DNA of 14,811 nucleotides from Verrucomicrobiota bacterium (GTDB lineage: Bacteria; Verrucomicrobiota; Verrucomicrobiia; Limisphaerales; CANJXF01): assembly GCA_038214755.1 (NCBI GenBank), contig JBBQRQ010000117.1, positions 1 through 14,811 on the forward strand, given 5' to 3'. Below, piece after piece: positions 7,541-14,375 of the stretch (position 1 is its first letter; every line of letters starts with the position of its first letter). The notes under the pieces are model-generated. The model was not told the origin of the DNA and searched no databases. It worked only from the letters and a program-made list of their open reading frames with translations. The translations under genes and the position numbers were made by a program.

Positions 7541-7927
7541 ATGCAAATTCCGCACGACGCAATTCTCTTGCGAATTTTTCTCGGCGAATCCGATCGCTGG
7601 CATCATCAGCCGTTGTATGAAGCCATTGTTCTCAAAGCGCGCGAACGGCATTTAGCCGGAGCGACGGTCTTGCGCGGCCCGATGGGTTTTGGAAAATCCA
7701 GCCGCTTGCACACTGCAAAAATTTTGCAACTTTCGAGGGACTTGCCACTGGTGATTGAAATTATTGATAGCAACGAAAAAATTCAAATGTTCCTGCCGGT
7801 GCTCGACGAAATGATGAGCGGCGGTTTGCTCACCCTCGAAAAAGTCAAAGTGATCGAGTGCCGCGCAAAAGACATCGAAGGAAAACAAGAAGAGGATGGA
7901 TCGAAGGAACAGTCCCATCCGGTTTGA
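7541..7927 (+). CDS. DUF190 (PII-like) protein, 128 aa
   Basis: LLRIFLGESDRW..PLYEAIV, LAGATVLRGPMGFG, LSRDLPLVIEIID, GGLLTLEKV. Usual crcB neighbour. AAGGA RBS 2 nt after the crcB stop region. Confidence 0.92.
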   Translation: MQIPHDAILLRIFLGESDRWHHQPLYEAIVLKARERHLAGATVLRGPMGFGKSSRLHTAKILQLSRDLPLVIEIIDSNEKIQMFLPVLDEMMSGGLLTLEKVKVIECRAKDIEGKQEEDGSKEQSHPV

Positions 7928-7991
7928 GAGTCACGCCCATTTGATTCCAGGATGCGCGTCGCCACTTTGCAACCGTTCAAATTGATTGCCG

Positions 7992-9203
7992 ATGAGTGAA
8001 AAAATTGCCGTCACGCAATCCTCGCCGCCCTGGCTGAACCGTACGGTGTTGGGCATTGGACTCGCCTCGTTGTTCAGTGATTGGTCGCACGAAATAGCGA
8101 CAACGGTCATGCCCGCCTTCCTTGCCACGATGGGCGTGGCGGCTGTGTGGCTGGGAATTATCGAAGGCGTTTCGGACGGGCTTTCCAGTTTTGCCAAACT
8201 GGGTTCGGGATTTTACACCGACAAACTGCGGAAACGAAAACCGATTGCCATCGTCGGCTACCTTGTCACGGCATTGGGAACAGCATCGTTTGCATTCGCG
8301 ACAAATACGTGGCATGTCCTGGTCGCTCGGGCTTGTGCCTGGCTGGGTCGCGGCGTGAGAACTCCCATACGCAAGACGCTCCTGGCCGGCGCAGTCAGTC
8401 GCGAAACGTACGGACGCGCTTTTGGATTCGAGCGGATGATGGATACAGTCGGAGCGATTGCCGGCCCGGCCACCGCATTTTTGCTCTTGCCGTTGGTGCA
8501 TCACCACTATCCGACGTTGTTCGCGCTCACTCTTATTCCGGGTCTCATCGCTGTCGCCGTCATCGCATTCCTTGTCAAAGAAAAGGAACGCAAGCCAGTG
8601 ACACACGTCAGTTTCGGCGAGAGTCTGCGCGCGTTGCCAATGCGCTTTCGGAAGTTCCTTTTCGCAGTCGGGTTGTTCGGACTCGGTGATTTTGCGCATA
8701 CACTTTTGATTCTGCTCGCCGCTCAAAAACTCGCGCCGAGTTTAGGCGCGGCCAAAGCTGCGGTCGTTGCGACCGGTTTGTATCTGTTGCGCAATATTTT
8801 CTACGCGAGTTTCGCGTTCCTCGCGGGCTGGCTGGCCGACCGTTTCAACAAAGGGCGACTCCTGGCGCTCGCTTACTTCCTCGCCTCGGTTATGTCATTC
8901 ACCTTGATCATACTTCCTCTGAACCCCTGGACGCTCGCGTTGGTCTTCACGCTCGGCGGGATATACGTCGCGATGGAGGAAACACTTGAAGACTCCTTCT
9001 GCGCTGAACTCGTCGATGAAGCACATCACGGCATGGCGTTCGGAACGCTCGCCACCGTCAACGGCATCGGCGATTTTGCGTCCAGCATTGTCGTGGGTCT
9101 GCTTTGGACTACGTTCGGCACTTCGGTCGCTTTTGCCTACAGCGGAGTTTTGTTTGTTGTTGGAGCAGGGCTGGTGCTGCGAACCGGGATGTCAAAAAGC
9201 TAA
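7992..9203 (+). CDS. MFS transporter, 403 aa
   Basis: About 12 hydrophobic segments, SGFYTDKLRKRK and AGWLADRFNKGR MFS loop motifs, GRGVRTP, YGRAFGF. Confidence 0.92.
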   Translation: MSEKIAVTQSSPPWLNRTVLGIGLASLFSDWSHEIATTVMPAFLATMGVAAVWLGIIEGVSDGLSSFAKLGSGFYTDKLRKRKPIAIVGYLVTALGTASFAFATNTWHVLVARACAWLGRGVRTPIRKTLLAGAVSRETYGRAFGFERMMDTVGAIAGPATAFLLLPLVHHHYPTLFALTLIPGLIAVAVIAFLVKEKERKPVTHVSFGESLRALPMRFRKFLFAVGLFGLGDFAHTLLILLAAQKLAPSLGAAKAAVVATGLYLLRNIFYASFAFLAGWLADRFNKGRLLALAYFLASVMSFTLIILPLNPWTLALVFTLGGIYVAMEETLEDSFCAELVDEAHHGMAFGTLATVNGIGDFASSIVVGLLWTTFGTSVAFAYSGVLFVVGAGLVLRTGMSKS

Positions 9204-9282
9204 ACGGAATTCGTGCGGCGTTGACCGCACTCGGCACTTTCTCGAGCTTCCGCGCATAGCGAAAAACTCTTCCTCTCGATCA

Positions 9283-9359
9283 GTAGGGATGAGTTCGACC
9301 TCATCCCCAATTTCGTCTGCTAAAAAGAAAGTCGGGGACGCCGTGGAAGTCGTCCCTAC
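9283..9359. repeat. REP doublet F, GTAG type
   Basis: GTAG-GGATGAG-TTCGAC-CTCATCC-CC (9283-9308) facing, on the minus strand, GTAG-GGACGAC-TTCCAC-GGCGTCC-CC (9334-9359). Confidence 0.8.
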
Positions 9360-9389
9360 CAACACGCAAAATGTCGCAGATGCAAAGAT

Positions 9390-9710
9390 TCAATAAACCA
9401 CGACCAACACCGCTCCTTGTTCGGCGGATTTCACCACGTCATCGAACTTTCGTTCTTTGGTGTTGGGTTCTTTTAGTTTGGCGTGGTGGCCCTCCGCTAG
9501 GAGTTCGGGCACCGATTCGAGGAAGCTGAGAAGGAAACTGCTTTTCACCGCGTAATTCACATTTGTAGCGTCGAGCCTGTGGCTCGAATCCATCGGCGCA
9601 CAGCGCCGACACTACACTGCATTTAGCTTGGCCGAAACCACGCCGACGACATTGCCGCGTTCATCCACCAACGCGCCGCCCGAATTTCCCGGCTGCACCG
9701 GAACGCTGAT
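9390..9710 (-). pseudogene. C-terminal remnant of a trypsin-like (S1C) serine protease, 5'-truncated and interrupted by a REP doublet
   Basis: Minus frame from 9710 reads ISVPVQPGNSGGALVDERGNVVGVVSAKLNAV* (catalytic GNSGG), stop at 9612-9614. Continues in the same frame after the REP as NVNYAVKSSFLLSFLESVP...GAVLVVVY*. No start codon and no His/Asp half upstream. Confidence 0.85.
9564..9616. repeat. REP doublet G, GTAG type, inside the protease remnant
   Basis: TGTAG-CG-TCGAGCC-TGT-GGCTCGA and, on the minus strand, TGTAG-TG-TCGGCGC-TGT-GCGCCGA: same geometry with covarying stems. Confidence 0.82.
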
Positions 9711-9735
9711 GGGTGTCGAGTAAAAACTGCTTTGG

Positions 9736-10149
9736 TCATGTGCTTACGTTTAAAATCTTTTTCAGTTGGCGAATTATTTTGTCAGGAGAAGTTTTTAAAT
9801 CGTGTTCCCACACCCGAAAAACTTTCCATCCATTGTCTGTTAAAAGTTTGGAAACTTCCGCATCTCTCAAAGTGTTTCGTCTAACTTTTAAATCCCAATA
9901 CTCTTGGCGCGAATTGGGGCGACGATAACACTTCGGGCATCCATGCCAAAAACAACCGTCAATAAAGACCGCAACCTTTTGTCGCGGATAAACGAAATCA
10001 GGTTTGCCTTTAATTTGGTAATTTCTTCGCCAGCCTTTTAATCGTTCGCTTCTAAGAATCGCAACCAGTTTCAACTCGGTGGATTTGTTACCTTTTGAGC
10101 GAACACTAGCCATGATCCGCGAGCGTTCGCGCTGGCTAAACGTGTCCAT
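9736..10149 (-). CDS. vsr: Very short patch repair endonuclease, 137 aa
   Basis: MDTFSQRERSRIMASVRSK, GKPDFV, AVFIDGCFWHGCPKC, YW..K..RN..RD, GWKVFRVWEH. Confidence 0.95.
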   Translation of the reverse strand: MDTFSQRERSRIMASVRSKGNKSTELKLVAILRSERLKGWRRNYQIKGKPDFVYPRQKVAVFIDGCFWHGCPKCYRRPNSRQEYWDLKVRRNTLRDAEVSKLLTDNGWKVFRVWEHDLKTSPDKIIRQLKKILNVST

Positions 10150-10153
10150 GCCA

Positions 10154-10879
10154 TTAAATAATTTGTACCCAAGAATTATCAAAACCGACTTGTTCAAGAA
10201 CAAAGTTGGACGGAAGTCGTGTTGGCTGTTTGATGCGAATTGCCACCCGATCTTTAGGAACATTCTCAATTATCGTGAACTGTGCGCCGTGCGGTTGCCA
10301 AGTGAAGCAGTGCGTTCCATGCCGGTTGAACCCTTGCAAATTTTCATTTTTATTCCACGTCCAGGTAAATTCTTTTTCGTCGTAAGCCAATGTCTCGAAT
10401 TCAAAAACCGCGACTTCAAGCAAATCGTCTGACTTAATCAGAACCACCGTTCGCAAATGCTCATATTTACCGCGAACTGCCCAAACCCGCGTGTTGTAAA
10501 TTGAAAGGATTTGTTTTCCCAACTCCTGCTTGTCCATTGTCTTCACGTCTTTTGCTCCGAAGGAGTAAATTAGCGAATTCCGACCTGAGATGAGTCGAAT
10601 CTTTTTGGCAGAAGACGGCTTGGGTGCTTTGACTGTTTTGGCTCCCCAAGCGCAATTGGCTAAAACAATATCATCAAGCCCAACGTTCGATGGCAGCCAC
10701 TGTGCGCCCAGAGTTCTTGCGAAAACTGCTTCCCACTGTGTTCCCTCAAGAGCAGGCGTGTTAGTGGCTAAGTGGTAAACGAGTTCCCGTCCCAGTTTAA
10801 AAGGGAAGTCGGCTGGAAACTGATTAAGCCGATAAGGTGGCTCGCGCTTTTCTACCGTTCGTAATCGGGGTTCTGCCAT
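10154..10879 (-). CDS. Putative type II restriction endonuclease, 241 aa
   Basis: Lies between a C5 MTase and vsr and is tightly coupled to both. WEAVF...GLDDIV...WGAKTVK resembles a PD-(D/E)xK variant. Specificity unknown. Confidence 0.65.
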   Translation of the reverse strand: MAEPRLRTVEKREPPYRLNQFPADFPFKLGRELVYHLATNTPALEGTQWEAVFARTLGAQWLPSNVGLDDIVLANCAWGAKTVKAPKPSSAKKIRLISGRNSLIYSFGAKDVKTMDKQELGKQILSIYNTRVWAVRGKYEHLRTVVLIKSDDLLEVAVFEFETLAYDEKEFTWTWNKNENLQGFNRHGTHCFTWQPHGAQFTIIENVPKDRVAIRIKQPTRLPSNFVLEQVGFDNSWVQII

Positions 10880-11918
10880 AAGGTGGAGATTTTTCCAAGA
10901 GTCGCATTTGTGTGGGGGAAGACAAAGGATAAGTTGCGCTTCCGTGTTGTTCGCGACCAATCCATCCTTGCGCTTCAAATACTCTTTGCGCGACTGCGCG
11001 AACCAGATTCACAGGCACACTGTTCCCAGCTTGCTTGCGAGTCTGTGAATCCTTACAGACAACTTTGAAAGTTTCAGGGAAGCCTTGCAACCGCAGCATT
11101 TCTCTAGGCGTCAATCTTCGCTCGCCATTCACCAAAAGATAATTGTAAGAAGCCCCAGCTCGTAAAGCGCAAGAGAACGGATATGCGCTGATATGACCGG
11201 CCTTGTTTTCGTGCCAGATACTCGGCTCGCGAGTTGGCTGCAACTTACTCAAACGGCTCAAACGGATGTGCTCAGAGGCGTAGTGTTTTTTAGCGACCCC
11301 CTTTTCCAAAATGTCTTTTAGCGGCGTCATTGGAAAACCACCTTCTGGCCATTCAAATTTTGCGAAAACACCCGCGCTCTTAAATCCCACGATAAACACT
11401 CGTTCACGTTTTTGTGGCAACCCAAACTTTAAAGCATTTAACACACGAAACTCAGTGTGATAACCAAGTTCGTCCCGCAACGTTTGCAAAATCCGTTTCA
11501 GTGTTTCGCCCCGGTTGTGTCCGACCAAAAGTTTTACGTTTTCCAGAATGAACGCAGAGGGTTGTTTCGCTTTTAGAACCCGCGCAATGTCGAAAAATAG
11601 GGTGCCGCGAATATCTGTAAAGCCTTTCATGTGTCCAATAATACTGAATGGCTGGCACGGAAAACCGCCGAGCAATAAATCGTGAGAGGGGATTGTATTT
11701 TCGTCAACTTTCGTAATGTCACCGGTTGGCTTATGTCCAAAGTTTTCTTCGTAAGTTTTTTGGCAATCAAGATCGATGTCAGAGGAGAAAACGCAGTTCG
11801 CGGTGAATTGGTTTTCTCTGGCCAATCCGTCAATTGCCAACCGAAAACCGCCAATGCCGCAGAATAAATCAACGAAGTTTAGGGATTTTTTGATCGGTTT
11901 TGCATCGGGTCTTTGCAT
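10824..11918 (-). CDS. DNA (cytosine-5) methyltransferase, about 364 aa
   Basis: Motif I DLFCGIGGF, IV GGFPCQPFS, VI ENV, VIII PQKRERVFIVG, IX RRLTPRE..RLQGFP, X KQAGNSV. Confidence 0.96.
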   Translation of the reverse strand: MQRPDAKPIKKSLNFVDLFCGIGGFRLAIDGLARENQFTANCVFSSDIDLDCQKTYEENFGHKPTGDITKVDENTIPSHDLLLGGFPCQPFSIIGHMKGFTDIRGTLFFDIARVLKAKQPSAFILENVKLLVGHNRGETLKRILQTLRDELGYHTEFRVLNALKFGLPQKRERVFIVGFKSAGVFAKFEWPEGGFPMTPLKDILEKGVAKKHYASEHIRLSRLSKLQPTREPSIWHENKAGHISAYPFSCALRAGASYNYLLVNGERRLTPREMLRLQGFPETFKVVCKDSQTRKQAGNSVPVNLVRAVAQRVFEAQGWIGREQHGSATYPLSSPTQMRLLEKSPPYGRTPITNGRKARATLSA

Positions 11919-11955
11919 GTCTAAACAAATACGAGGTTTCTCATAAAGTATCCAA

Positions 11956-12150
11956 TTAAATTCTGTCCACCGCGTAGATCGTGCGTCCGTAGTGGGCGGA
12001 GAGTCGGTGGATTTTGTGCGCGCGGAGACGCGGATCGAATGGGTTCTCTTTGAAAATCGGAAAGGCATGTCGTGCGATCTGCTGCTGTTCGCGCGAGAGC
12101 TTGCTCCAATTGCGCCAGAAGGATTTGGCGGCGCGGAAGCGATAGCTCAT
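11956..12150 (-). pseudogene. 5' half (62 codons plus RI*) of a RelE/ParE-like toxin
   Basis: FKENPFDPRLRAHKIHRLSAHYGRTIYAV is near-identical to the 91-aa paralog at 13159-13434, but homology stops at about 11964. ATGA overlap with the upstream antitoxin. Confidence 0.85.
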
Positions 12151-12341
12151 TTGTCACCCGGATACGGTTCATTCAAAGCGGTGTCCAAATCCACCACCCG
12201 TCCGGCGGCGATGTCTTCCATCCCTTGCTTGAATTCCGCAGGAATCCAAGAGTCGTCGTTTTCCACAACGAACTTGGCTACTTGCGCGCGTTCGGGTTGC
12301 GACAGTTCTTTGAACTCTGCGATGACTTGCTGTTTGCTCAA
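12147..12341 (-). CDS. Putative antitoxin (copy 1), 64 aa, TTG start
   Basis: Small acidic protein paralogous to 13431-13634 (VIAEFKEL...ERAQVAKFV...DDSW.P..FKQGM.D..AGR.VD). TTG aligns with the paralog's ATG. Confidence 0.75.
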   Translation of the reverse strand: MSKQQVIAEFKELSQPERAQVAKFVVENDDSWIPAEFKQGMEDIAAGRVVDLDTALNEPYPGDK

Positions 12342-12348
12342 GGGTTCA

Positions 12349-12376
12349 AGTATGCACGAAGAATTGTTTCGGGCAA
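12349..12376 (-). promoter_or_regulatory. Predicted promoter of TA copy 1 (leaderless)
   Basis: TTGCCC-16 nt-CATACT, 7 nt before the start codon. Conserved with 13642-13669. Confidence 0.6.
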
Positions 12377-12378
12377 GA

Positions 12379-12406
12379 CCAGCCATTCCTTAATCGTTTC
12401 GTTAAT
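12379..12406 (-). pseudogene. Possible N-terminal stub of a HEPN toxin gene
   Basis: Reads (ATT)-N-E-T-I-K-E-W-L overlapping the MNT 3' end, like typical HEPN starts (MNxxxxEWL). Ends where the TA copy 1 promoter homology starts. Confidence 0.4.
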
Positions 12407-12707
12407 GCAGAACCTGGCCGTGATCGAGGGCTTCGCGAATCAGCGGGTCGCCTTCGCGATAACGCCGCGCGGTGTCGTCGGGCCGCCGCGCGAGCAGGTC
12501 AACGGAAAAACGCGGGTTGACGCGATTCAAAATTTCCAGCGACTTGCGAAAATTCTTTCCTTCAAAAGGAAGAACGACGAGCAGGTCAACATCCGAATCG
12601 GGCCGGGGATTTCCACTGGCATAAGAGCCGAACAAAATAACGCGTTCGGGGTGAAACTCCTGGACGATGCGTTCGGTCAATTCACGGATGTTGGCGGTGG
12701 AAATCAT
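12402..12707 (-). CDS. Minimal nucleotidyltransferase (MNT antitoxin family), 101 aa
   Basis: PERVILFGSYASG..RPDSDVDLLVV motif (GSx10DxD), VDLL, G.VL end. ATG 12707 overlaps the DUF433 stop (ATGA); alternative start 12716. Confidence 0.88.
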   Translation of the reverse strand: MISTANIRELTERIVQEFHPERVILFGSYASGNPRPDSDVDLLVVLPFEGKNFRKSLEILNRVNPRFSVDLLARRPDDTARRYREGDPLIREALDHGQVLH

Positions 12708-12937
12708 AACTCGCATACGGCCAGAACCGGATGATCAATTCGGCGGCGCGCATAGGTCAGGCGGGCTTTGAGGTCTTCCGCTTCGAGATCGGGCATTTCC
12801 TCCAAAATCTGCGCGGCGGTGAGACCGGACGCGAACAGATCAAGCACGTCGCTCACGCGAATCCGCATCCCGCGAACACAAGGGCGCCCACCGCATTGCC
12901 GGGGGTTGACGGTGATTCGATTTTGGGAGTCCTGCAT
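12704..12937 (-). CDS. DUF433 family protein (VapB45-like antitoxin), 77 aa
   Basis: RITVNP.QCGGRPCVRGMRIRVSDVLDLFASG.....ILEEMPDLEAED signature. Confidence 0.9.
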   Translation of the reverse strand: MQDSQNRITVNPRQCGGRPCVRGMRIRVSDVLDLFASGLTAAQILEEMPDLEAEDLKARLTYARRRIDHPVLAVCEL

Positions 12938-13053
12938 GTCCAGAGTATCAAATTGATCGGGAAAGAATTCAACCAGAATTCCGGCAGTGCGAAATTCGGA
13001 ACTGATTCGCGGATTTCTGGCGCGCATATTTGGAAACTCTTTTCTTAAATTCG

Positions 13054-13081
13054 TTGCCCCACCAAGTCGCCTTCCTATAAT
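13054..13081 (+). promoter_or_regulatory. Predicted sigma-70 promoter of the serS fragment (leaderless)
   Basis: TTGCCC-16 nt-TATAAT, 6 nt before ATG 13088. Confidence 0.65.
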
Positions 13082-13087
13082 GCGCCG

Positions 13088-13171
13088 ATGCTCGACATAA
13101 AGTTGATTCGCGAACAAACCGATCTGGTGCGCCAACGCCTCTTCATCTTCCAAGCGATTCAGCCCTTGTAA
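13088..13171 (+). pseudogene. serS: 5' fragment (about 18 codons) of seryl-tRNA synthetase, then unrelated tail
   Basis: Translates MLDIKLIREQTDLVRQRL-FIFQAIQPL*. MLDIKLIRE...V...L is the characteristic SerRS N-terminus. Too short for the ORF track. Confidence 0.7.
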
Positions 13172-13434
13172 ATATCGTGCGTGCCGATATCCACCGTGAC
13201 AACGCAATCGCGCTCGATGTAGAAAACGGCGCGCAAGTCGCCCTCTATTTCCACGGCGTAGATGGTTCGCCCATACTGAGCGGAAAGGCGGTGGATTTTG
13301 TGGGCGCGCAGCCGGGGATCAAAAGGATTCTGCTTGAAGATTTTCCACGCCCGCCGCGTGGATTCTTTCTGGCTGGAAGTCAGATCGTAAAAGCTTTCCC
13401 AAAACTGCCGGGCGGGCTTGTAGCGGAAGTTCAT
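13159..13434 (-). CDS. RelE/ParE-like toxin (intact copy), 91 aa
   Basis: Basic small protein with NPFDPRLRAHK, DLRAVF and DIGTHDIY motifs of RelE/YafQ/ParE-like folds. ATGA-coupled to the antitoxin. Confidence 0.82.
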   Translation of the reverse strand: MNFRYKPARQFWESFYDLTSSQKESTRRAWKIFKQNPFDPRLRAHKIHRLSAQYGRTIYAVEIEGDLRAVFYIERDCVVTVDIGTHDIYKG

Positions 13435-13634
13435 TTACGCCGGCGCGGCGGCGGCTTCGCTCCGCTCAAAACAGTTTCCATGTCCACAAAGCGTCCGGCT
13501 TCCGCGTCCGCCATGCCTTGCTTGAAAGATTCCGGCACCCACGAATCGTCCTGTTCCATAACGAACTTCGCCACTTGCGCGCGTTCGGCGGGCGGCAGTT
13601 CTTTGAACTCTGCGATGACTTCCTGTGCGCTCAT
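13431..13634 (-). CDS. Putative antitoxin (copy 2), 67 aa
   Basis: MSAQEVIAEFKELPPAERAQV N-terminus typical of addiction-module proteins. Directly upstream of the toxin. Confidence 0.8.
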   Translation of the reverse strand: MSAQEVIAEFKELPPAERAQVAKFVMEQDDSWVPESFKQGMADAEAGRFVDMETVLSGAKPPPRRRK

Positions 13635-13641
13635 GGGTTTA

Positions 13642-13669
13642 ATTATGCACAAAGAATTGTTTCGGGCAA
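13642..13669 (-). promoter_or_regulatory. Predicted promoter of TA copy 2 (leaderless)
   Basis: TTGCCC-16 nt-CATAAT, 7 nt before ATG 13634. Confidence 0.62.
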
Positions 13670-13687
13670 GATAGCGTTTCCCAGCGC

Positions 13688-14032
13688 TTACTTCGATAAT
13701 TCGGCGGCGAACGCGGTAATCATTTGTTGCCAAGCTTGCGCGACGGCCCGGCCATCGTCGGAATGCAAGCGTCCGATTTTGTGATGGACGAGCCGATAGT
13801 CAATCGTGGCGAGTTTCGTCAGGCGAATCGTTGACGCTCGCGGCAGACCGGTTTCGGACCACCGTTGCAAAGCCACGTCGGAAAGTTCTCGCGGCGGGTG
13901 GGTGGTGATACGTGCCACCAGCAGGTCAACGTCGCCGCTGACCAGCACCAGACCCGGACGGCGTTTGTGGGTTTGAAGATCGGAAAAGGGAAATTCGACC
14001 GAGACAACATCGCCGACCTTAAACGCGGTCAT
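13688..14032 (-). CDS. PemK/MazF family toxin, 114 aa
   Basis: GDVV.V.FPFSD....KRRP.LVL, ITT, GLPRASTIRL.KLATI, KIGRL. Confidence 0.9.
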   Translation of the reverse strand: MTAFKVGDVVSVEFPFSDLQTHKRRPGLVLVSGDVDLLVARITTHPPRELSDVALQRWSETGLPRASTIRLTKLATIDYRLVHHKIGRLHSDDGRAVAQAWQQMITAFAAELSK

Positions 14033-14204
14033 AGATTTTGTCTTCCGGCGAATCGTCCTGGAAAAAGTTTTCGAGGCCGAGCCGCTGCCAATCGAGGTCT
14101 TCGGCGTTGCGTCCGATCAATTGCGGCATGTCCTTGTAAAGCCGGAGTCGTTCGGGCAAAGGCAGGGTTTCAATCGCCTCTTCAATTTCATGCAGCGTTT
14201 TCAC
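14019..14204 (-). CDS. Putative antitoxin of the MazF-like toxin, 61 aa, GTG start
   Basis: Acidic C-terminus (FFQDDSPEDKIYDRV) overlapping the toxin start by 14 nt. Promoter-like TTGCAA-17 nt-TAGCTT 6 nt upstream (14211-14239). Confidence 0.75.
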   Translation of the reverse strand: MKTLHEIEEAIETLPLPERLRLYKDMPQLIGRNAEDLDWQRLGLENFFQDDSPEDKIYDRV

Positions 14205-14319
14205 GGTCGAAAGCTATCGTTCGGTTCAATTGTTTGCAAGTCGCCGTTGCCCAACGAGCCGCCTTCGCCGAGATCGGCACCCCTTCGGCCCGCCCCTGCG
14301 CCCAGCCCGGAATATGAGA

Positions 14320-14347
14320 TTGAGAGTCGAACGTTGAGCGTTGAGAG
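14320..14347. repeat. Four degenerate tandem heptamers
   Basis: TTGAGAG TCGAACG TTGAGCG TTGAGAG. Confidence 0.5.
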
Positions 14348-14375
14348 ACCGATGCCGGATGGAATCGGAACCGCT

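Noticed and set aside
3319..8726. Long antisense or alternate-frame ORFs (e.g. 3804-4517, 4021-4620, 5086-5661, 7977-8726, 8081-8689)
   Set aside because: Shadows of well-supported genes in GC-rich DNA, with no motifs.
9700..11975. Target-site duplication around the RM cassette
   Set aside because: Only a 4-nt TGTC match near both ends, expected by chance.
11919..12068. N-terminal extension of the MTase
   Set aside because: Alternative frame of the toxin 5' half across the junction.
12938..13207. 167-aa version of the DUF433 ORF
   Set aside because: The extension crosses the toxin 3' end, the serS fragment antisense and intergenic DNA.
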